Origin: a virus
Virus record (IMG/VR): IMGVR_UViG_3300015275_000001
Coordinates: 1 to 47,802 of that record
Direction: 5' to 3' (one strand)
DNA length: 47,802 nt
Shown: positions 40,427 to 47,334 of the stretch, piece by piece
Layout: every line of letters starts with the position of its first letter
Position numbering within the stretch: position 1 is the stretch's first letter
Made by a program: the position numbers and the translations under genes
The notes under the pieces: model-generated
The model's input: the letters and a program-made list of their open reading frames with translations, nothing else
Database searches by the model: none
Told to the model about the DNA's origin: nothing

Positions 40427-41538
40427 GAAAAAAGCGATCATACCTCCCCGACTATGTGACGGTATTCAAGGACCGTCATGGTAAGCAGCGCTATCGGTTC
40501 CGCCGTGTGGGCTACCCAAGCCGTTATTTACCGGGAGAGCTTGGCTCTGAGGAATTCCTGCGCGCGTACGCGGAAGCGAAGGCCGCAGCGCCTAAGCATG
40601 GCATACTGCAGCGTGAGGATTATCCGGCTGGCTCGATCGGTGAGCTGACGACACGGTATATGGCCGTGCCCGCTCGCTTGGGGCCGACACTGACAACGCA
40701 AGCCAAGATCCGGGCAATTATCTGCAAATTCCGTGAGGGACGCGAGACATGGCCCGTCGCAGGCGTCCGTTTCGAGCATATCGACACGATCATTGCTGAG
40801 AAGCGGATTAAAAAACAGGTTGGCAAGCGCATCGAAGGCGGCGTCGAGGCTGCACGCCGGTTGCGCAAGGAGCTTATCCGACTATTCGACTTCGCCAAGA
40901 AGATCCGGATGATTAGCGACAATCCGGCGCGCGACGCCGATCGGGTCAAGACCTCGAAAGAGGAGCGATCAGAGGGCTTCTACACTTGGACTGAGACTGA
41001 CATTGAGCAGTATCGGCGATATCATCATCTGGGCACCAAGCCGCGTCTAGCAATGGAGTTGATGCTCTGGACCGGTCAGCGCCGGATTGACGCCATTCAC
41101 CTCGGGCGGAGCAACATCGTCAACGGCTATATCCACTTCACGCAGACTAAGACAGACAAGGTACTTGGCATCCCACTGGCGCCCCAGCTGCTGGAAGCTA
41201 TCACGGCAATGCCGCCGCACAACCATGAGTATTTTTTGCTGAGCGGCTGGAACCGGCCCTTTACCAATGCCGGGTTCGGCAACTGGTTTCGGGAACAGTG
41301 TGACGCGGCCGGGTTGCCTAAGTGCACTGCCCACGGCCTGCGCAAAGCCACGATGCGGCGCATGGCTGAGCTTGGTGTGACGAATCAACACATGAAGGCG
41401 GTTTCGGGCCATAGCAAGGACGATGAGGTCGCGCGCTACACAGCCGCCGCGAATCAGCGTCGCATGGCGGACGCCGCTATCCGGGCTTTGTCAGAGTGGG
41501 AGGCTCAAACGTCTAACCCACAAATCACAAAAGTCTAA
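40423..41538 (+). CDS. int: Tyrosine integrase (371 aa)
   Basis: C-terminal catalytic pattern ...TAHGLRKATMRRMAE...VSGHSKDDEVARYT (R...HxxR...Y). N-terminal arm-binding-type region. Confidence 0.9.
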   Translation: MRKKRSYLPDYVTVFKDRHGKQRYRFRRVGYPSRYLPGELGSEEFLRAYAEAKAAAPKHGILQREDYPAGSIGELTTRYMAVPARLGPTLTTQAKIRAIICKFREGRETWPVAGVRFEHIDTIIAEKRIKKQVGKRIEGGVEAARRLRKELIRLFDFAKKIRMISDNPARDADRVKTSKEERSEGFYTWTETDIEQYRRYHHLGTKPRLAMELMLWTGQRRIDAIHLGRSNIVNGYIHFTQTKTDKVLGIPLAPQLLEAITAMPPHNHEYFLLSGWNRPFTNAGFGNWFREQCDAAGLPKCTAHGLRKATMRRMAELGVTNQHMKAVSGHSKDDEVARYTAAANQRRMADAAIRALSEWEAQTSNPQITKV

Positions 41539-41696
41539 CCAATCCCTTAAATGCCTGAAAACAGGAGGAAGAATTGACTTGTATGGAGGCGCGACCGGGT
41601 GCACAACAAAGTCCTGGAATCAGCGCGTTAGACATAGCTGGCAGCCCTTTTTGCGGTGATAGCCTGCCTCGTGTCCCAGCACTGGTGTCTAACCAA
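41511..41696. promoter_or_regulatory. Candidate attP region with four GTCTAAC repeats
   Basis: GTCTAACC at 41511, 41533 and 41687. Inverted GTTAGAC at 41627. A 170-nt non-coding gap lies right after int. Confidence 0.4.
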
Positions 41697-41708
41697 AACG
41701 AGGTCGCC

Positions 41709-42137
41709 ATGCCGGTGATTTATGAAGAAAAAGACCCGAAGCGAATTGAGGGTTGGGCAGGCCATATCCGGCGGGAACGCGGACCGAACGCATCGTATGG
41801 GGTCGTCTACTTTGTCGGACCGGCAAGCGGCCCCATCAAGATCGGCTTTACCCGCGACTTCTCATCCCGAATGGCAAAGCTGCAATCCATGTGCCCATTC
41901 CCCTTGGTGGTCTGGGCCGCGATCGAAGGTACGACGCTATGCGAGGCGGATCTGCACAAGGCGCACGCTGAGGATCGCCTGCATGGTGAGTGGTTCTCGC
42001 TGACACCGGCAATCGCGCACCTCATCAAGAGCCGCCGCGAACTGACTGGCCTGCGTGAACTCCAGTCGTATGCCGAGCCGATCCGCAAGGCGATCCGGCT
42101 TCTGACTACTCCTGAGCGCATGAGGAAAGTGGCATGA
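41709..42137 (+). CDS. T5orf172 / GIY-YIG-like domain protein (142 aa)
   Basis: YGVVYFVGPASGPIKIGFTRDFSSRMAKLQ...EADLHKAHAEDRLHGEWFSL matches the T5orf172/MUG113 pattern. ATG has a GAGG RBS. Confidence 0.7.
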   Translation: MPVIYEEKDPKRIEGWAGHIRRERGPNASYGVVYFVGPASGPIKIGFTRDFSSRMAKLQSMCPFPLVVWAAIEGTTLCEADLHKAHAEDRLHGEWFSLTPAIAHLIKSRRELTGLRELQSYAEPIRKAIRLLTTPERMRKVA

Positions 42138-42541
42138 AAAACCACGGAATAGTCCCGGAGCGGGTTGGCGATGGCCTTCCCGAGTCGGTGAGCATCACGC
42201 CCGGAAGTATCGTCGTCATCCGCGAAGGCACGTCGTATAGCTGGGGCCACTTTTGGTCGGCTGAGGCGTCGGCAGTGACCGCCAAGCTTGTGAAGCTTAA
42301 GCAGGCGCCTGGTATCTGGGCTGGAAAGCAAATCCGACGCGAACAGGTCCTGCTCGTCGCGGCCTCAAAGGAGGAAGCGGACCAAATCTGCCAAGCGCTC
42401 ACCGGCATTCGAGGCGAGAATGACCGCCGTCGCAAGGTTGCGGATCAAGCGCGTGTTGCCGCCATCGTTGCAGCTGACGCCGCCAGCGACAAACAGATGA
42501 CCGCGCTGCTCTCCCGCCTCAACAAGGGGCAGACAGTATGA
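42134..42541 (+). CDS. Hypothetical protein (135 aa) coupled between two nuclease-like genes
   Basis: ATGA overlaps on both sides. No motif recognised. Confidence 0.6.
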   Translation: MKNHGIVPERVGDGLPESVSITPGSIVVIREGTSYSWGHFWSAEASAVTAKLVKLKQAPGIWAGKQIRREQVLLVAASKEEADQICQALTGIRGENDRRRKVADQARVAAIVAADAASDKQMTALLSRLNKGQTV

Positions 42542-43071
42542 GCGACGACGTGCTCCCTCTCGCGCAGCAAATCACTGAGGCGCTGATCAAATCGCTTGGC
42601 GATGCGATCTGGGCTACCGAGCTTGCATTCTGCCAGGGCGCGCGTCGTTGCGACCTGTGGACCATCAGCGCCAATTCGTCGGCAGGGTTCAAGGCGCGCG
42701 CATATGAGGTGAAGATCAGCCGCGCGGACTTCCGCCGTGACAATGCGGTCAAGCAGCGCGAGGCCCGACTGTTCAGCGACCAGTTCTATTACGTCACCCC
42801 GGCCGGTCTCCTAAAAAAGGATGAGGTGCCGGACTGGGCTGGTCTGATCGAATATCATGACGGCACTTTTTCGACAGTCATCCAGGCGCCTTACCGCGAT
42901 AAGGACGGCCCGACATGGGAGCTGGTTGTCTCGCTGATCCGCAACAGCGGCAACGTTAACCGCGACACTGACCTGCTGAAACTGCGCGTCCGTAACGCTG
43001 AACAGAAAATCGCGCGTGCCAGCAAGGCAGTCGAACTGCGCGGTATCAAAGCATGGGAGATTGGGCTGTGA
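42538..43071 (+). CDS. MmcB-like PD-(D/E)xK nuclease family protein (177 aa)
   Basis: CDLWTIS...AYEVKISRADFRRD...QFYYVTPAGL matches the MmcB/DUF1052 core (D...E-x-K). Confidence 0.65.
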   Translation: MSDDVLPLAQQITEALIKSLGDAIWATELAFCQGARRCDLWTISANSSAGFKARAYEVKISRADFRRDNAVKQREARLFSDQFYYVTPAGLLKKDEVPDWAGLIEYHDGTFSTVIQAPYRDKDGPTWELVVSLIRNSGNVNRDTDLLKLRVRNAEQKIARASKAVELRGIKAWEIGL

Positions 43072-43076
43072 GCAGC

Positions 43077-43619
43077 ATGACCGACCTGACCGAGCGGCTG
43101 CGGGAAGAGCGCCGGGATCTGAACGATCACGAACAGATGTTGGATGCGCAGAGCCAATGCTTGCCATGCAAGCTGTGCGGTGGGAGCGCCGTCATCAGTG
43201 ACGCTGGCCTTGGCGCAGGATATTACATCCGGTGCCGCAACAGCCTGTCCATGCGGGACTCCAAGGGCTGTATGCTGGACGAGCGCAGGCTTGGCGGCTG
43301 GGCCTACAACGTCATGGACTGGTGGAACCGTCTGCACGCCGCCACCACCCTCGAAACCCTCACGGAGGAAAGCGCGCGGCTGGAACGGGATCGGGATTTG
43401 GCTATCAAATGGGCGAACCAGTCCGTGACGATGCTCCAAGAGACGTTCTTCCCGGTGGCTGATGCTCTTCGTGATCTGGAGGCGTACCTAGCCAACACGC
43501 CGCACCACAACGCGCCTGAAGCGGCAGCGGCCCGCAAAGTCCTGCGCGCCTTTGACGCGTGTGAGATGCCGCCAGCCCCCGCCCGCAAAGCCCTCGGAGG
43601 CGGCGATGAGCAGCAGTAA
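43077..43619 (+). CDS. Lar-family restriction-alleviation-like zinc-ribbon protein with coiled-coil C-terminal extension (180 aa)
   Basis: LPCKLCGGSAVI...YYIRC...GC....VMDWWNRL follows the Lar-family pattern CxxCGG...C...C...WNR. Confidence 0.55.
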   Translation: MTDLTERLREERRDLNDHEQMLDAQSQCLPCKLCGGSAVISDAGLGAGYYIRCRNSLSMRDSKGCMLDERRLGGWAYNVMDWWNRLHAATTLETLTEESARLERDRDLAIKWANQSVTMLQETFFPVADALRDLEAYLANTPHHNAPEAAAARKVLRAFDACEMPPAPARKALGGGDEQQ

Positions 43620-43646
43620 TTTCTAATCAACACCGACGCGAAGACC

Positions 43647-44024
43647 ATGGTTGCCGCTGGACCGCAATCTCTGAGGACCGACAAACTGGTCACCGCCGCC
43701 ACAGCAATCAATCACCGCGATGCATGGAGCCACCTCATGACCGACCCCACCGAAATCGCGCGCGTCGCGGCTGGGCTGACGAGGGCAAGCCGTAGAGCGT
43801 TGGTGAAAATTCACCCCACTGAATGGACCGACGAGGGCGCACCTGGGCCAGCGAGGGTTGATGCGTATTCGCTTTGGTGGGGAAGGGATCATGGCAAAGG
43901 GCTGGTCGAAAAGCCGAAGCAGTTTTCGTGGGGTAATTCAATGATCCCCGGCTGGCGCTGGAGACTTACTCCGGCCGGACGAAAGGTCCGCGACCACATC
44001 CTGCGGGAGAAGAGCGGTGGGTGA
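43647..44024 (+). CDS. Hypothetical protein (125 aa; start uncertain, alternative ATG 43737)
   Basis: ORF with the ending ...WRWRLTPAGRKVRDHIL (possible wHTH). Confidence 0.5.
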   Translation: MVAAGPQSLRTDKLVTAATAINHRDAWSHLMTDPTEIARVAAGLTRASRRALVKIHPTEWTDEGAPGPARVDAYSLWWGRDHGKGLVEKPKQFSWGNSMIPGWRWRLTPAGRKVRDHILREKSGG

Positions 44025-44211
44025 GAAGATCAAGTACGACGAGTTCGTCAAGCGGTTCACCGATGTCGTGATAAAGCACGCATCACAGCCGGTGGATCCT
44101 GACCTCTACGCTTATGCGGCCCATGAGGCGACGTTCTATATGAACTACCGCTCGAGCAGCACGCCAGAAGATTTGGCTTGGGAATTTCTCTCCATTGGGG
44201 ACGAAAACTGA
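44017..44211 (+). CDS. Hypothetical protein (64 aa)
   Basis: GTG start with an 8-nt overlap. Confidence 0.45.
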   Translation: MGEKIKYDEFVKRFTDVVIKHASQPVDPDLYAYAAHEATFYMNYRSSSTPEDLAWEFLSIGDEN

Positions 44212-44549
44212 TGACTGACGTGAAGGTCGAGCAGTGCGATCGGGATGCTGCTGCCGGGACTATTCCTGACGACGGATCGCACACTTCGCACATGATGTTT
44301 GATGGCATCATAAACGGTCGCGCTGATGGCTGGCCCCTCGTCCAAGCCTTCGCCCGCCACCGCCAAGTAGCCGAGAAGGCGCAACAGGAGCGGGAGATGG
44401 ATCTAGCCGAGGCGGCACGCATCATGTTCGAGGCGACAAGGGATCGCTTCATGCGGCCTGAGCAATGCTACCCTGCAATCACCGCACTCCATGAGGCAGG
44501 CTTCCTCCGCGACCCTGCCACCGCCATCAGGAGCCAGGGCCATGAATAA
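44211..44549 (+). CDS. Hypothetical protein (112 aa) with the motif CDRDAAA...VQAFARHR
   Basis: TGATG coupling. This motif recurs in alphaproteobacterial prophage proteins of unknown function. Confidence 0.55.
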   Translation: MTDVKVEQCDRDAAAGTIPDDGSHTSHMMFDGIINGRADGWPLVQAFARHRQVAEKAQQEREMDLAEAARIMFEATRDRFMRPEQCYPAITALHEAGFLRDPATAIRSQGHE

Positions 44550-44760
44550 GCTGGACGAAGACCAAGCCAGAACGGTTCGCTTCATAACGGTGTTGGAGCG
44601 GCTTCTTATTATGTGGGCGGTGATGACGGTCGTGTGCATGATCGTCGGAAATCTGTGCGCCATTCACGTAATGCAAGAGATCGGCGTTGTAGGCTTCTGG
44701 GGCGGCATCGCCCTGGTGTTAGCATATGGTCGCATTTGCGAGAGGTCGGCCCATGAATAA
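44542..44760 (+). CDS. Small membrane protein (72 aa)
   Basis: Two hydrophobic helices. The junction string CATGAATAAGCT is repeated at 44751. Confidence 0.5.
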   Translation: MNKLDEDQARTVRFITVLERLLIMWAVMTVVCMIVGNLCAIHVMQEIGVVGFWGGIALVLAYGRICERSAHE

Positions 44761-44896
44761 GCTACTTGCGCTCGCGGATCGCACATATGCCAAGCGGCCG
44801 CCAATCCTCGAGAATGACAGAACCCTTGTCCCGCGACCTTTACGGATTATCGGCAAACGCCTTCGCGCCCGCGCGCATGGGGGAGGGGAGGGGTGA
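44753..44896 (+). CDS. Possible small basic ORF (47 aa)
   Basis: Hand translation gives MNKLLALADRTYAKRPPILENDRTLVPRPLRIIGKRLRARAHGGGEG. Fills the gap between coupled genes. Confidence 0.25.
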   Translation: MNKLLALADRTYAKRPPILENDRTLVPRPLRIIGKRLRARAHGGGEG

Positions 44897-45051
44897 TGAA
44901 GCGTAAAGCCTGCATCGTGCCGAAGTATCAGCCGGTCAAATGCTACGCCTGTAACGGTAGCGGCTGGTACGACGCATTGGACAAGAAGGGTCGCCCCATC
45001 CCTTGCGGAACTTGCGAAGGGACTGGAAAGGAACACGCCCATGACCGATAA
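44896..45051 (+). CDS. Mini-protein with two DnaJ-type CxxCxGxG zinc-finger repeats (51 aa; below ORF-track cutoff)
   Basis: Hand translation gives MKRKACIVPKYQPVKCYACNGSGWYDALDKKGRPIPCGTCEGTGKEHAHDR. Confidence 0.45.
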   Translation: MKRKACIVPKYQPVKCYACNGSGWYDALDKKGRPIPCGTCEGTGKEHAHDR

Positions 45052-45385
45052 CCCGCTGGTCGAGGCTGTGGCGAAAGGCATGGCTCCGGCAAACTGGCAG
45101 CCGTTCGACCCAAAAATTCACGGATCGCCGGTCAATCAAAAAGCCGCACAGGTTATGTGGCTTTCGCAGGCCACCACCGCCCTCCGCGCGATCGAGGACG
45201 CGGGGTGGAAGGTGGTGCCGGTTGAGCTGACACAGGATATGGAAAACGCAGCCTATGAAGCCCAAGTGAAAGGTGCAGATCTGCACGACTTCCAAGCGTT
45301 CGACTGTGCGAAGGAAATTTGGTGCGCCATGCTCGACGCCGCGCCTAATCCCACTGTCGCTCCCAATCATGCAGATCAGCCTTAG
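45041..45385 (+). CDS. Hypothetical protein (114 aa), third member of the small-protein family
   Basis: ...LRAIEDAGWKVVPVELTQDMENAA...AKEIWCAMLDAAP. Confidence 0.55.
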   Translation: MTDNPLVEAVAKGMAPANWQPFDPKIHGSPVNQKAAQVMWLSQATTALRAIEDAGWKVVPVELTQDMENAAYEAQVKGADLHDFQAFDCAKEIWCAMLDAAPNPTVAPNHADQP

Positions 45386-45512
45386 CGGCCATGTCCAGCG
45401 CCTCTCGCAAGTCAACCATATGCTCGTCGGTGTAGATGCGCTTCTTCGGCTTACCCATCGACCGCATGAGGTGGAAGGCTGCAACGACTAGCTGTTCCGA
45501 TTCGCTCGACAT
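45345..45512 (-). CDS. Possible small ORF (55 aa)
   Basis: Hand translation gives MSSESEQLVVAAFHLMRSMGKPKKRIYTDEHMVDLREALDMAAKADLHDWERQWD. Convergently overlaps 45041..45385 by 41 nt. Confidence 0.2.
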   Translation of the reverse strand: MSSESEQLVVAAFHLMRSMGKPKKRIYTDEHMVDLREALDMAAKADLHDWERQWD

Positions 45513-45796
45513 GGCGGCATGTGAGCGCAGTCAGGGGCTGTAGGAAAGGGGTTGAGGGTGACACCGTAGCGCCACCCTCTGCAAAGCCCGATGCCGAAGC
45601 AGAGCGGGGACATCGCTGCGCCTTCGCTTATCTCATGCCTCTGGTCAGCGAACGTTATCGGCACGAAACAGCACTTTACACGACTCGACCAGAAATGCTA
45701 GCGGTGATGCGTCGCTGAAGAGCGCGGTTTATGACCAAGGGCTGCCCGGCTCTCCACCACCTAGGGTCTGGAATATGGTCCAGACAGTCGGGCAGT

Positions 45797-45952
45797 TCAC
45801 TCCACCGGCTTAGTCGTAGCCGCCACGATGATCGGCGCGATCTTGCGCGTCAGGCCCGGCGCCAGCACCGTCCCCACAATGATCGCCGCCTGCGGGTTCT
45901 CCTTCACCACGCGCACGATGGATTTCAGGGCTTTGCCGAGGTTGATTTTCAT
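45797..45952 (-). CDS. Small hydrophobic protein (51 aa; below ORF-track cutoff), last gene of the lysis cassette
   Basis: Hand translation gives MKINLGKALKSIVRVVKENPQAAIIVGTVLAPGLTRKIAPIIVAATTKPVE. ATGA overlap with the upstream stop. Confidence 0.4.
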   Translation of the reverse strand: MKINLGKALKSIVRVVKENPQAAIIVGTVLAPGLTRKIAPIIVAATTKPVE

Positions 45953-46140
45953 TTCGGTTGCTCCGTGTCGGTGGGCTTGTCGGTTGGCGGGTTCTTCGGG
46001 CGGAAGGTGCCCAGCACGCCGATAAGGCCGGTCATGATGGCGAGGTCTGCAGGCTTGCCGGTGAAGGCTCCCAGCGCGGACAGGATCACCAGCGCCACGA
46101 TGATGGCGAGGAAGGCGATCAGGTTCTCACGGTCGGTCAT
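45949..46140 (-). CDS. Small two-TM membrane protein (63 aa), spanin/holin-accessory candidate
   Basis: ATGA overlap with the endolysin stop. LIAFLAIIVALVILSALGAF and LAIMTGLIGVLG. Confidence 0.55.
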   Translation of the reverse strand: MTDRENLIAFLAIIVALVILSALGAFTGKPADLAIMTGLIGVLGTFRPKNPPTDKPTDTEQPK

Positions 46141-46706
46141 GCTTTCCCCCCATACATCGCAGCCTCAGCGGCCCGGCGCCGGGTCAGGCCAGGCATAACC
46201 TTGCCAGCCGCCTTGTTCCATTTGGCAAATTCGGCCTGCGCCCCGGCATAGTCGCCAGCGTTGTGTTTCTTGAGCAACGTCGATCTGGTCAGATTACCGA
46301 GCCCCACATTAAACGAGAACGACACCAGCGCGTCGAACTGTGCCTGTGTGGTCTCCGAAGCCAACTTGTTCACACCAGCCTCAAATCGCGCCAGATCATC
46401 GCTCAGCAGTTTGTCGGAATGCTCTCGGGTGATCGTCAGGCCCTTGTGCACGTCGGGCCCGGTGTGGCCCACGCCGATGGTCCAGGGATCGCCGTTCGTG
46501 GCCGGATCGGGATAGGCGGTCAGTCGCTCACCCTCGAAATCGCGGATCAGGTTGCGCCCTGCGGTCGAGGTCTTGCGAGCATCCATTCTCTGCATCCCAA
46601 AGCTGTCTGCCAGTGCGTCGATGACCTGCACATGGCTGGGGAGGAAACGGCGTTCAGGCGCGAACTCGCGGATCGCGTCGAACAGGGCTGAGCGGCGGTC
46701 GGTCAT
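46137..46706 (-). CDS. Endolysin, GH24 lysozyme (189 aa)
   Basis: LIRDFEGERLTAYPDPATNGDPWTIGVGHT...FDALVSFSFNVG is the T4/lambda-type lysozyme E-D-T signature. The internal ATG at 46706 gives an ATGA overlap. Confidence 0.85.
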   Translation of the reverse strand: MTDRRSALFDAIREFAPERRFLPSHVQVIDALADSFGMQRMDARKTSTAGRNLIRDFEGERLTAYPDPATNGDPWTIGVGHTGPDVHKGLTITREHSDKLLSDDLARFEAGVNKLASETTQAQFDALVSFSFNVGLGNLTRSTLLKKHNAGDYAGAQAEFAKWNKAAGKVMPGLTRRRAAEAAMYGGKA

Positions 46707-47023
46707 GGCTTGCCCCTGCTTTTGAGATAGTCGCGCGACTGCCGGTACTGCTCGGTATTGCGGCGCCAGTGACGCAGGCGACGATGACCGTAACCCAGCA
46801 GGAACAGCGCAATCCCGTAGGTCATGATTGAGGTAGCCCATCCGTCGAACGGGCTGTCATGACCTTCCCAGATGATGCCGATCGTGAGAAATGACCCCGA
46901 CCCCATGAGCCCGAGGCCGATCCGCTCCGACTCGTTCAGCTCGTCGCGCAGGACGGTCACAATGATTGTGGCGACGACCGTGACGATCAGCCGTCCCAGC
47001 GAGTTGAAAATGTCCCAGATCAT
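46703..47023 (-). CDS. Membrane protein (106 aa), holin/antiholin candidate
   Basis: The internal ATG at 47023 gives an ATGA overlap. Three hydrophobic segments and a basic C-terminus. Confidence 0.55.
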   Translation of the reverse strand: MIWDIFNSLGRLIVTVVATIIVTVLRDELNESERIGLGLMGSGSFLTIGIIWEGHDSPFDGWATSIMTYGIALFLLGYGHRRLRHWRRNTEQYRQSRDYLKSRGKP

Positions 47024-47334
47024 GCCTCGTCCTCCTTCTTGAGGCGCAGCAGGCTTTCGACTTTGCGCTGGATCATTGGCATGAGTGGGATGCCGAATGC
47101 GGCCCCAAGGAACGTCGTGCCGCACGCCACTCGCAGCGGGCCGGTGTCGACATTCATGATATCTGCCACCACCCATGGCACCACGAAGATGGCGAAGCTG
47201 AAACCGACGACGAACGCGAAAAGAATGTCGATCCAAGGCATCGTCTTCCACGGACGAAACCAGATCGACGCAAGCGATCCCGCTGCGGCTGACATGACGA
47301 TCATGAGCATCCGCCGCTCGTTCTCATCCATCAC
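47020..47334 (-). CDS. Holin-like membrane protein (104 aa)
   Basis: Three predicted TM segments and a charged C-terminus LLRLKKEDEA. Lies two genes upstream of the endolysin. Confidence 0.6.
   Translation of the reverse strand: MMDENERRMLMIVMSAAAGSLASIWFRPWKTMPWIDILFAFVVGFSFAIFVVPWVVADIMNVDTGPLRVACGTTFLGAAFGIPLMPMIQRKVESLLRLKKEDEA

Noticed and set aside
41574-41708. The upstream 45 codons of ORF 41574-42137 as part of the T5orf172-like protein.
   Set aside because: That segment covers the GTCTAAC repeat / candidate attP gap. The ATG at 41709 has a GAGG RBS and begins the conserved domain.
44540-44764. The repeated junction string CATGAATAAGCT (44541 and 44752) as a mobile-element end or recombination site.
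   Set aside because: It is only 12 nt. Both copies are the same stop/start overlap (…HE-stop / MNKL…), so this is probably a local duplication of a gene boundary. There are no flanking inverted repeats.
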